From Octopus vulgaris (taxonomy: Eukaryota): DNA of 64,000 nt. The DNA lies in assembly GCA_951406725.2 (NCBI GenBank), contig OX597826.1, positions 24,304,001 through 24,368,000 on the forward strand, in the 5' to 3' direction. Below, piece by piece: positions 28,356-41,342 of the stretch. Position 1 is the first letter of the stretch. Each line of letters opens with the position of its first letter. A program made the position numbers and the translations under genes. The notes beneath the pieces were generated by a model, which had not been told where the DNA came from, did no database searches, and saw only the letters and a program-made list of their open reading frames with translations.

Positions 28356-28633
28356 TGTTTGTGATACATCCTCACGTTCGTATTTTTTTTTGTTTTCTTT
28401 TTTTTTTGTTCTCTGTTCTATTCTTTTATTCGTTTACCAGCTTCAGTCATCTGACTGCAGCTATGCTGGAGCACAGCCTTTAGTCAAACGATTCGACCCC
28501 AGAACTTATTCTTTGTAAGCCTAGTACTTATTCTATTGGTCTTTTTTGCCAAACTGCTAAGTTACGGGGACATGAACAGACCAACATTGGTTGTCAAGCG
28601 ATGTTTGGGGGACAAATGCTGACACACACACAA

Positions 28634-28679
<46 letters not shown>

Positions 28680-28950
28680 CAGGCTTCTTTCTGTTTCCAT
28701 CTTCCAAATCCACTCACAAGGCTTTGGTTAGTTCGAGGCTATAGTAGAAGACACTTGCCCAAGGTGCCACACAGTGGGACTGAACCCAGAACCATATGGT
28801 TGGGAAGCAAATTTCTTACCACACAGCTACTCTTGTGCCTATATATATATATATATATATATATTTATAGATAGATGTGGCTCTGTGGTATGAACTTTGC
28901 TTCCTGACAACATGGTATTGGATTCAGTGCCAGCATGTGCAAGTGTCATA

Positions 28951-29075
28951 TCAAAACCAAGGCAGAATGAGTATATCAAGTCACTTAGAATAATTTAATT
29001 AGGGTAAGATGAATTCACCTTGCCTTAATTAAATTATTCTAAATGATTTTAGATACCTGTTCTGCCTTGATTTTT
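28951..29075. repeat. Loop-less ~125-bp imperfect palindrome (foldback/MITE relic)
   Basis: aaaaccaaggcagaa...ttagaataatttaattagggtaagatgaa|ttcaccttgccttaattaaattattctaa...ttctgccttgatttt. Confidence 0.75.
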
Positions 29076-30988
29076 ACTCTAATATAATATATGTATGTAT
29101 GTATATACTAGACTCTCTGTGTGTGTGTGTGTGTGTGTGTGGAGCTTAGGTGTTTCACTCATAAACACACACATAGCCCGGTCTGAGATTCGAACCTGCG
29201 ATCCCTCAGCCGTGAGTCTGCTGCTCTAACCACTAGGCCATGTGCCTCCACATACATATATGTATGTATGTGTATGTGTGTGTTTATATATATATATGTG
29301 TGTGTGTGTGTATATATGCATACATACATACATACATGACAGGCTTGTTTTGATTTCTATCTACCAAATCTACTCACAAGTCTTTGTAAAGTCTATAGCA
29401 GAAGACACTTGTATGAGGTGCTGTACAGAGGGGCTAAACCCAAAACCCCATGGGAAGCGAGCTTTTTAACCACACAACCATGCTTGCACCTACAGATTAC
29501 AAATTTGTGTAATTCCTCTGTGTTTTCTTTCACCCTGCTTAATCATTATGACAAGTTAGATCATTTTTTTGGCATTATATGATGATTCTGTCCATTGAGG
29601 TCTGCTGTTAAATACATCTAATCAGTAAAAAGATGAAGAAAAAGAAAAGGAAAAAGAAACCAGGTTAATCAGAAGAACTTTCTTTAGTCAGTTATTTTTC
29701 TGTGGTTGCTTTAATTTCTCAACCATTTGCTGTCAACTTTTCATTAGAATGTATGAGTGCACGTGTTTGTGTGTGTTGTAAATGGTAAACTAAATCGCAA
29801 GGTTTAACATAGCTTCACACACTAAATACGTTTCCTCTTTGATGTCCTTGAAATTTTTTTAATGAGCCAATAATGTACATTCATCTCTCATAATGCTTCC
29901 CTTGCACAGAACTTTACACCTCATACACACACACACACGCACTCTCTCTCTCAGTGATTTATTTTCTTTCCTATACAAACTACCCTTATGAAAAATCCAT
30001 CTTCCATAACCTTATCTTTAAAAAAAATAATTTATCTATTTCCTTCTCTCTTAAAACCTTTTACTTTTATAAAGTCCATGTTTTATAGGAACACTCTTTT
30101 TTCACATTAAAAAAAATCAAACTATTCTCTTTTACATAGTAACTTCATTTTTACTCTTAAAATGGCTCCTCAATTTTTCTCTCTAAAGCTATAAAAATTA
30201 AAGAGGACCTTCCACAAATTTTCTATCTCTAAAACTTTCCGTATAAAACTCATAATCCTTTTCCCCGTGTAAATTCTTTCTTGTATAACCTTTCCTTTTT
30301 TGCATGCTTCATCTCCAACAAAAAACCTTTATCACACACACACACAAAAAAAATTGATCTTCCTGATATTTTCCCCACAAAACTTTCTCTGCAATGTAAA
30401 CCATTTCCCAGAAGATTCCCCAACACTACCTCTTGTAAGGAAAGGAAAAAGAAAAAAGCATATCTGTTCCCGCAAACTTTCCTTCTAGCCCCTACTTCCA
30501 TCGTTACACAAATCTCCAACAAATCTCTCCTATGAAAAAATACCCTATTTTACCTCAGCCTCAATGTGGTTATTCAACCTTATGGAAATAGCAGCCAAAT
30601 TCCCCTCAAAGTCACACTATTATCTAAAATAAAACAAAGTATATATTTGGCAAATAGATGAAGTAGTCACAAATAGAATAGGGGCTTCAGATGGCTCTTT
30701 TGATCTGCTGATGGCAAGACAGCATCAATAGTGTTGGTGCCATGAAATATATACACTCTGTAAAGTAGTTGGTGTTAAAAGCCATGCAAAAAATTAGAGA
30801 TTGGGGGAAGATGTGATCCTTCAACTGGTTGAATCCAGTCAAACCATCCCACACATACAAGTATGGAAAGCACATGTAAAATGGTGTAAGTCATCTAAGA
30901 GTCCATAAATAAGGAAAAAATGCACTCGTATATCTGTCAATAAGAGTGGGTATATTATTCAAAGTATACAGTATTATATATCCATTAC

Positions 30989-31080
30989 AGCCAATCTTAC
31001 CAATCTGTTTCGTGCTAGGGATTCAATGGAGTGTTAAGTAACAATCCAATTATGTAACTCTGCACTCATCAGAGGTAGCC
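30989..31080 (-). ncRNA. Type I hammerhead ribozyme motif with intact core, in a Penelope-like pLTR remnant
   Basis: Minus strand: ggctacct CTGATGA GTGC-(46-nt loop)-GCAC GAAA C agattg G TA^ agattggct. Stem II is GTGC/GCAC, stem III is minimal, stem I is imperfect. Confidence 0.7.
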
Positions 31081-31087
31081 ATTATGG

Positions 31088-31260
31088 AATGTGAGCACAT
31101 AAGTGCAAAACAAGGTGGGAAAAATAGTACTCGAATAGCAAAGATAGAGTAATATGCTTTTATTAAAGCTGCAAAATTATCACAAAAACTGTTACTCAGA
31201 GTTTCACGTTCCCACTTATTGGACAGTCGTGATGGAAACTGTCTGAGGAATGGGAGGAAA
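31088..31260 (-). mobile_element. Second copy of the 7735 Penelope-like family, with a degenerate hammerhead and a truncated inverted copy
   Basis: gtgagcacataagtgcaaaacaaggtg... is shared with ~7739. Minus: gactgt ccaataa gtgggaacgt GAAA CTC t GAG TA ACAGT. Plus partial: aactgt CTGAGGA atggga. Confidence 0.6.
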
Positions 31261-31272
31261 TTGTATATATAT

Positions 31273-31317
<45 letters not shown>

Positions 31318-31618
31318 TTATAAGGATTGAATAGAATCTCTGCCTCAACATGTAGGACACCAGAAATGGCTAGGTATGGTAACATAAAGTTGACAGTGAG
31401 ACAAACATTAAAGGCATCAAGTGTTGTTGGGGTACTGTAGATATATATATACAAGTACAAAATCCAATTTAAACTGTATATCTGGCACTGGGGTTGGTCT
31501 TTGGTCTGGCAAACGTATAAAAGCAGTGCACCCTAATATGGTTGTAGTCATATAACTGAAGCAAGCAAGTAAAAAAAATTAAAATATATAACCAATATTT
31601 TTTTGTTTGTTTTTTCAG

Positions 31619-31756
31619 GCCAATCACACATTGACCATGACAATATGGAGTACCATCTACATATGGAAATTTGGAAAGGTAACATCACTACTGCACTGAC
31701 TTGGGCCAAGGAACGAGAAGAGTTGAGTGACTGGCTTGTTGCCATGGCACCATTAG
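31619..31756 (+). CDS. GEMIN5: Internal coding exon of Gemin5 (SMN-complex WD/TPR protein), TPR-like dimerisation region; 138 nt, phase 1/1
   Basis: Acceptor ttttgtttgttttttcag|G, donor TTAG|gtgagg. Open frame (G)QSHIDHDNMEYHLHMEIWKGNITTALTWAKEREELSDWLVAMAPL aligns ungapped to human GEMIN5 [45 protein letters not shown] (recalled from memory). Absent from the ORF track. Confidence 0.9.
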
Positions 31757-31829
31757 GTGAGGCATTTTTATTCTAAATTTCCACTGTTGGTTTGTAATGG
31801 TCTTTTAAAGTTATTTGTGAAAATTTCAA

Positions 31830-32266
31830 TTTTGTTGTATTTTGGGAGGATCATTATGCCAATAATAAACACATGTACTGGTTGTAATTCACTTCTTTTA
31901 TTATTTATTAGTAATTTGGTTAACCATTTTACTTACTAACTAATCAGTTGTTTGATTAATCGTTTGGTCAATCAGTCAATCAATCAACTAGATTTCTCAG
32001 AGTTCTTTCATCGCCATTTATAACCTCATCAATGCATGTCTTCTCTAATCCAAGTCTATTTGCATATCATTGATGAGGTTGTGAATAGCAATGAAAGATA
32101 CTTTGACAAATTTAGCTGATTGGCTGAACAAACAATCAAGTAATCGATTAGTCAATTGGTTAACTGATTAGCCAATTAGCTACTAATAATAATAATAAAA
32201 GAAGTGAAATTGAACCAGTGTGTGTGTTTATTATCGGCATAATGATCCTCATAAGATGCAACAAAA
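31830..32266 (+). other. Long imperfect foldback (~200-nt arms, ~33-nt loop) starting 73 nt into the intron after the Gemin5 exon
   Basis: Outer arms ttttgttgtattttgggaggatcattatgccaataataaacac / gtgtttattatcggcataatgatcctcataagatgcaacaaaa; inner arms ctttcatcgccatttataacctcatcaatg / cattgatgaggttgtgaatagcaatgaaag. Confidence 0.9.
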
Positions 32267-32453
32267 CCAAATACAAAAACAAATGCACTGCACTCCAACC
32301 AACTGTCTATAGAATCTTCCAGTAGCGTCTTGTAGCACGTCTTTCTTAACCTGAGCAGTATCTATATTGTCTTCATGTGGAACAATTAATTCAACATACT
32401 TCTCTCTCTCTCTCTCTCTCTCTCTCCATATATATATTTACATATATATGTAT

Positions 32454-32496
<43 letters not shown>

Positions 32497-32541
32497 TGTA
32501 TATATTGTATATATATATATATATATATTGTATATATATAT

Positions 32542-33146
32542 ATCATCATCATCATCATCGTTTAATGTCCGTTCTCCATGCTAGCATGGGTTGGACGGTT
32601 CGACCGGGGATCTCGGAAGCCAGAAGGCTGCACCAGGCTCTGGTCTTATCTGGCAATGTTTCTACAGCTGGATGCCCTTCCTCACGCCAACCACTCCGTG
32701 AGTGTAGTGGGTGCTTTTTACGTGCCACCTGCACTGGTGCCAGGCGAGGTTGGCATCGTCCACGGTCGGATTGGCACATTTTATGTGCCACCGGCACAGA
32801 AGCCAGTCGAGGCGGCACTGGCTTCGGCCACGATTCGGATGGTGCTTTTTATGTGCCACCGACATGGAAGCCAGTCGAGGTGGCGCTGGCATCAGCCACG
32901 ATTCAGATAGTGCTTTTTACGTATCTCCAGTCCAGGGGTCCTGGCATCTGCCAGGTGCCAGTCATGGGATTGGTTCAATTTCGATTCCGATTTCACTTGC
33001 CCCAACAGGTCTTTGAGGTTCGATATCGACTTTGCTTGCCTCAACAGGTCTTTGTGTGTCCAAAGGAGGAAAGGCATGCATAAGTGGGCTGGACTCACTT
33101 GTCCTGCCTGGTCTTCTCACGCACAGCTTATTTCCAAAGGTCTCGG
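32542..33146 (-). mobile_element. RTE-related 3'-end repeat with internal ~57-bp subrepeats and a (GAT)n tail; many other copies (~2062-2235, 7100-7465, 15738-15933, 17172-17445, 24883-25157, 42090-42572, 46939-47165, 49521-49747, 51555-52070, 55182-55495)
   Basis: Recurrent ...ggaagggcatccagctgtagaaac...ccaacccatgctagcatgg...cgttaaacgatgatgat end; repeated gtggcacataaaaagcac units. Confidence 0.75.
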
Positions 33147-33232
33147 TCGCTGGTCATATATATATGTATGTATATATATATATATATATTTACGTATATA
33201 TGTATGTATATATATATATTTACATATATATG

Positions 33233-33263
<31 letters not shown>

Positions 33264-33416
33264 TTACATATATATGTGTATATATATATATATATATTTA
33301 TATACATACATACTACTCCATCAGACAGAAGAAAATGAAGAGAGCATAAAAGAAAACATGATAAATAGATGTATTCTCTTTTTTCTTCCTTTCTTTCTCT
33401 CATATTTTCCTTAGTA

Positions 33417-33452
<36 letters not shown>

Positions 33453-34588
33453 TTATCTTTCTAATTCTTTCTTACTCTTTCTCTCGCCATTCATGTCTCT
33501 GTCTATCTCCCATATCGTATATGATTACATACAAGATATGTAATGTGAGAGCATAACCGTTGCAATTTTCAAGAATTTACTGTTGGTTTTGACATTGACT
33601 GGAAACATACATGCCATCGTGTAATGATGTTTTCTGTGCGTGTGAGTGAATATAAATGAGCATAATGTATATCCAAGTATTCGTGTGTGTGTGTGTGTGT
33701 GTGTGTGTGGAGAGAGAGAGAGAGAGAGAGGTTTGATAATACAAACAGAAAGATAGAATTCAGAAGATAAATATATATTTTATCTTTTACTTGTTTCAGT
33801 CATTGGACTGCAGCCATGCTGGAGCAGCACCTTGAACAATTTTTAGTCAAACAAATTGACTCCAGTACTTATTTGTTTTTTGTTTGTTTTAAGCCAGTAC
33901 TTATTTTATCATTCTCGTTTGTCAAACTGCTAAGTCACGGGGACGTAAACAAACCAACACCATTGTTAAATGGAGGTGGGGGACAAACAAAGACACACAC
34001 ATACACCAACACGTGTGTGTCTATATATTTACTCTTTTACTCTTTTACTTGTTTCAGTCATTTGACTGCGGCCATGCTGGAGCACCGCCTTTAGTTGAGC
34101 AAATCAACCCCGGGACTTATTCTTTGTAAGCCCAGTACTCATTCTATCGGTCTCTTTTGCCGAACCGCTAAGTAGCGGGGACATAAACACACCAGCATCG
34201 GTTGTCAAGCAATGCTAGGGGGACAAACACAGACACACAAACACACACACGCATACATATACATATATACAACAGGCTTCTTTCAGTTTCCGTCTACCAA
34301 ATCCACTCACAAGGCTTTGGTCGGCCCGAGGCTATAGCAGAAGACACTTGCCCAAGATGCCACGCAGAGGGACTGAACCCGGAACCATGTGGTTGGTAGG
34401 CAAGCTACCTACCACACAGCCACTCCTGCGCCTATATATATATATATATACATACAAGCCCCTGCACCAGGTGGCTGGATGTGATTCTGAAAGATCTGCA
34501 GGCACTTTTACATGTTGCTGCATGGGTAAACGGATGAAATAGCACTAAGCATCTTCCCTGGCATGCTAACAATTCTGCCAGCTCACTG

Positions 34589-34624
<36 letters not shown>

Positions 34625-34670
34625 GTTATTGGTGTCATAAGAATTTATAGAATTTAAGAGAACATGAAAT

Positions 34671-34842
34671 AATTCTATTTTGGAACGTTGGATTTTGAAG
34701 CAGATAAGCTACAAATAATGTTTAAATATTGGATTTTAAAAAAACCTTTGACTTTTGCTATCCAAACTGATTTTCAACCCAGTATTTATGTGTTGTTATT
34801 ATAGCTTATCTGCTTCAAGATCCATTATTCCAAAAGAGAATT
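34671..34842. repeat. ~170-bp foldback with ~60-bp arms (MITE-like)
   Basis: aattctattttggaa..ggattttgaagcagataagcta / tagcttatctgcttcaagatcc..ttccaaaagagaatt. Confidence 0.75.
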
Positions 34843-37368
34843 ATATATATGTGTGTGTATACACACATACACGCACACACAAATATATTTGTGTATTGTT
34901 TTCATTTAATTTATGATACAGTAGTTTATGTTCTCGATTAATGAATTACCTTGTATAAGATGTATGTGGATTTTAGTATATGTTTGGTCTACATAAGACT
35001 AATAAGATTATATACCTGGAACTATAATTTTTTGACCAATCAGTCTTTTAATTGGCTCATTAGCAGACTTGAGTCCAACCAAATAACAATCTGATAAATC
35101 TATGGTTTTCGGAAAAAGAAATCAACCAGCTTCCATGTACATTACAGATACAATTATTAAGCAGAACAATAAAAATATGCAAGACTTTTCTCAAGTTCAA
35201 AATGTAATATGGTTTTTGTTATTTACATTCCTTCAGTGGAGTTTTGTATCTTAGAAGCCAGCTCCTTCAAATAATTAAAAATAGATGAGTACATGAGTAC
35301 ATACATACATACATGCATGCATGCATAATGGTAGTGCTCCTGCTTGGCCATTGTCCATTGATTGCAACCAGTAAAAGAATATATAAGAGTATGTGCAATC
35401 TAATATTTAAATTTCAAATATCTTAAAATTATTTTTACTGTCATTTAACTAAGATTTAGTTTTTGCACTTTGTATTTTCTTCTGCTACATTCCTTGCAAG
35501 GATGTTGGTTAATTCTTCACCATTCCTACATTTAACATCAACTGCTCATTAAAGTTAAAATATCTCATTAACGCTTTTGTTACCGTATTTCTCTTGAAGT
35601 ATGCTACCTTCATTTCAATGAATTTTTACAATAATGAAGAATTTAGTAAATTAATTTTCACAGGTGCAGGCATGGCTGTGTGGTAAGAAACTTTCTTTTC
35701 AACCACATGGTTCCAGATTCAGTCCCACTGTGTGGCACCTTGGGCAAGTGTCTTCTATTATAGCCTCAAGCTGACCAGTGCCTCGTGAGTGGATTTGGAA
35801 GATAGAAACTGAAAGAAACCTGTCGTTTTGAGTGTGAGTGAGTGAGTTTGTGTGTCTCACAGTCTCTTTGCCTTGACTTTGTGTGATATTTGTAAATAAG
35901 TGTCACCATCATACAAGCAGCATTTTTCATTTCCAATCTTTTGTGAAAACATGTCCAACCATGTTTGCTTGAAAACAGGCAAAGTTTAGTGACACGTAGG
36001 GCATCTTACCATAGATAACTTGCCTCAAGCTCCATCCAACCCATGTAAGCATGGAAAAGTGGAACCTTATGACCCTTGGAGGTTCGCAATTCTTAATATT
36101 CAATTATAAAAATATGTTAGAATTTTATTTAAACATTGGCTATGATGGCCCAGTTGAGTAAAACAGGAATCCAAGGGTTCCATAGAAAAAAAATGGTTGA
36201 GAACAGTTTTCTGTTTACTGTCAGCCTGGTGCTATATTAGAAAACACTTGTCAGTGCCACACAGTGGGACTGAACCCATATTCATGTAGCAGTGAAGCAA
36301 ACTTCTTATTTCTTTATTTACCCACAAGGGGCTAAACTTAGAGGGGACAAACAAGGACAGACAAAGGGATTAAGTCGATTACATCAACCCCAGTGCGTAA
36401 CTGGTACTTAATTTATCGACCCAGAAAGGATGAAAGGCAAAGTCGACCTCGACAGAATACCACTAAGCATTTCGCCCGGTATGTTAATATTTCTGCCAGC
36501 TCGCCGCCTTCTTAATTTATCGACCCCGAAAGGATGAAAGGCAAAGTTGACCTTGGCAGAATTTGAACTCAGAACGTAATGGCAGACAAAATACTGCAAA
36601 GCATTTCGCCCTGTGTGCTAACATTTCTGCCAGCTCACTACCTTCTTAATTTATCGACCCCGAAAGGATGAAAGTCAAAGTCGAGCTCGGCAGAATTTGA
36701 ACTCAGAACGTAATGGCAGACGAAATACCAGTGTGCTAATGATTCTGCCAGCTCACTGCCTTAAAGTCTTACCACACAGCCATGCCTGGTCTATGCTGCA
36801 CCTTCATTTTTATTCTAAGGATAATCATTTTGACAAACCAAACTTGACCCACAAAGGAGGTTCAAAGGTAAGCTGTTGAACTCCAACTCAAAAGTGCAAA
36901 GCTAAATATTTTTGGAAGACATAAGATTCTGGCACTCTACTGAAATTTTCTTTGTTTCATTTTTTTTTACTGCCACCTCACCATCTTTGTGTCAAGTAAA
37001 GATTAAACTTCTAAAGCGTTGGTTGAAAAGTCTTCAGTCTTCTTGCCAAATGTAGAATTCCCTGAACTAACTTCATAGAACAGAATCTATAATTAAAATA
37101 ATAGGCAATAATAATAATAATAATAACATAAAATAGCAACGACAACAACAACGGGAGTTAAATATGAATATGAGCCAATTATACTCAAATGATGAATGCA
37201 GTGCTGTAACCGATGCTTAGTCACATTTGTAGCTTAATTTCACCATCCTGTCTGCTGTGGTTACTGGTACACTCTTGAAGAACCACATGCTAAGTCAATT
37301 AAAATTGAGAAAGTCTACTGCACACACAGACGTTTTCTCCACATGCACACACACCTCTATTTCTCACT

Positions 37369-37401
<33 letters not shown>

Positions 37402-37608
37402 TTCTTTGCTACTGCATCTGTATGTATATAGTTAATGTATGAGATTATGTGTGTATGCACATTGTGTGTGTGTGTACAGGTACACATGTATACACAGATA
37501 TATACAGATATGTATTTACATATATGTGTGTGTGTACAGGTACACATATGTATACACGGATATATACAGATATGTATTTACATATATGTGTATATATATA
37601 TATATATA

Positions 37609-37639
<31 letters not shown>

Positions 37640-37660
37640 GTGTATATATACATATATGTG

Positions 37661-37700
<40 letters not shown>

Positions 37701-38502
37701 CACATACAAACGTATGTATACATATGTATGTATATATTTATATATATGTATATATATTTATATATGTGTGTGTATATATTTACATATATATGTATATGTG
37801 TGTGTGCACACATACAAACATGTATATATGTATGTATATATTTATATATGTGTATGTATATATATATGTGTGTGTATATATATATTTACATATATTTGTA
37901 TATATATTTAAATATATATGCCCACACACACATATACAATGCATAGCCTAGCTTGACTTTTAACAGTGCTACAGAGAAACAAATGACTATTGATGCATTG
38001 GTACTAAGTTGCCTTTACTTCTGATTACACATCATGAGGTGGGAGGGAGAGACGCGAGTATGTAATCTGTCATCCTCTGTCGTAATAATTTCTGCTTTTT
38101 ACTTCTTGAGGTGACATCAATTTCTTTGGATTTGACAGACATGGCAATGTGGTTAACGAATTCAATTCACAACCTTGTGGTGTCAGTGCTGGAAACTAAA
38201 AGAAGCCCATTGTGTATGTGTGCGTGTGTGTGTTATCGTAATCATTTTTAATGTTCAGTTTTCCATACTTGCATATGTTCAGTGGAGTTTATTGAGGCAG
38301 ATTTTCTGTGGCCAGACATCTTCCCTGTTGCCAACCTTCACCTGTTTCTGGGCATGGTGGTATTTCCCCCAAAGCCTGACGTGTTTATGCAGACTATTGA
38401 AAATGAACAATACTGCTTGTATAACAGTGACACTCATTTACGACTATCATATGATGTCAACACAAGCAAACATAAACATACACACTGACATACACATGTA
38501 TT

Positions 38503-38546
<44 letters not shown>

Positions 38547-39406
38547 CGTGACCAACCAGGCTATCAGATGTTGCTACACATCTCTGGTCACAATGCACTT
38601 CGCATTGTTTTAGCCTTCAAATGACGCCACCCGCTGGCTAAGCGAGCAGGCCAACAGAAGAAAGAGTGAGAGAAAGTTGTGGCGAAAGAGTACAGCAGGG
38701 ATCGCCACCACCCCCTGCTGGAGCCTTGTGGAGCTTTAGGTGTTTTCGCTCAAGAAACACCCACAACACCCAGTCTGGGAATCAAAACTGTGATCCTACA
38801 ACCGCAAGTCTGCTGCCCTAACCACAGAATCTACCTCAAGGAATTTTGTGTGGTCCATAGAAGTATGTAAAAGTGAAAATTAAACAATGATGAGGGCACA
38901 TCATCACTGGGTTGGGGGGGGTCTGTGTGTGTGTGTATGCCTTTATGTCGGTGGGTTTGTCCCCCTGTCTTGACTGACATCAGATGATGGTCCAAAACAT
39001 GTGATGACAAAAAAAAAGCCATGTCCAGCCAAGGGGAATTACTACCTTACTCAGAAACAGGTGAGGGTTAGTGACAAGAAGGGCATCTGGCCATAGAAAA
39101 GTCAGCCTCAACAAATTGCATCTGATCCTCTTGCAAACATTATAAGAATAATGATGATGATGATGACAACGACTCTAGGGTAATATTTAGCTGCTAATTC
39201 TAGCATACTGAGCGACCTTGAAAGAGGTTTCTTATCGTTGGCTGGGTTGAAATGTTCCGAGTCGTAATGTTTTTTTAGAGAGAAGCCAGAAAAGAGGTGT
39301 GTTAGTGTGCTAAGAGGAGGAGAAATAAAGAAATATTTAACATTTTGGCACAGCAAACACACCTTACTTTTGGCTTCTTACCGAACTGATGCCATAGCAA
39401 GGCTTC

Positions 39407-40596
<1,190 letters not shown>

Positions 40597-40756
40597 CAGT
40601 TGCGGCCAAAATGTTCAGAACGGCATTGTTTTCACCAGAAAAGTAGTTATAAGTTTTTATCTGTGAAAGTTATAGAACATAAAACAACTTTGATAAAAAC
40701 TTATACCTACTTTTCTGGCGAAAACAATGCCGTTCTGAACATTTTGGCCGCAACTG
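40597..40756. mobile_element. Tc1/mariner-type MITE (160 bp, almost all TIR)
   Basis: TA|CAGTTGCGGCCAAAATGTTCAGAACGGC...GCCGTTCTGAACATTTTGGCCGCAACTG|TA; ~65-bp near-perfect TIRs. Confidence 0.9.
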
Positions 40757-40774
40757 TATGTCTGTATATATATA

Positions 40775-41279
40775 TCTATATATATAAAACTCTAGTTGTG
40801 TGAGTGTCTGTCCCCTTCGATTTAGATTCCTAACTCCTCCCACATTTTGCGGTGCAGTTTAACCAAATTCGGGTATCTTATAGTCGTGATTCATTTCGAG
40901 CCCGTCTGACTATTAGCGCGCGTCAACGATGAGTCTACGATTTTAAAAATAATTTAACATCATCTTTTATTCCATTTTAATGCATAAAATGCATCGTATG
41001 TCGATGGCGGCGGAGTTGGCGTCCACGCTCACAGCTGCACCTGTTTGCTTCTCCCCTTCCCTCCCTCGTGAAGCTGTGGGGAAGGGAGTGTAAAGAAATC
41101 AACGTCGTAATGCGTTGTGAAGGAAACCAGCGTTCTTTTAGAACAACGACTTCATGGCTTGAAGACACCAAAACAAAAATGGCTAAGAAAGCCCGAATTT
41201 ATAAGGGAAGTAACTCTCTAAAAATGCTTATATAGTTATTTCCCTTACAAACCCGAGCAACGCCGGGCGATACTGCTAG
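40775..41279 (+). mobile_element. Short non-autonomous Helitron
   Basis: A|TCtatatatataaaa start; the same CCCGagcaacgcCGGG hairpin plus CTAG|T end. The 5' ~200 bp match 20815-21020. Confidence 0.85.
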
Positions 41280-41280
41280 T

Positions 41281-41342
<62 letters not shown>

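Noticed and set aside
32367-33083. 238-aa ORF just after the hairpin
   Set aside because: Runs through microsatellite and the antisense strand of the RTE-related repeat.
36820-36867. Exon-like 48-nt segment (DNHFDKPNLTHKGGSK|gtaagc)
   Set aside because: Wrong phase and no similarity to the expected next Gemin5 exon.
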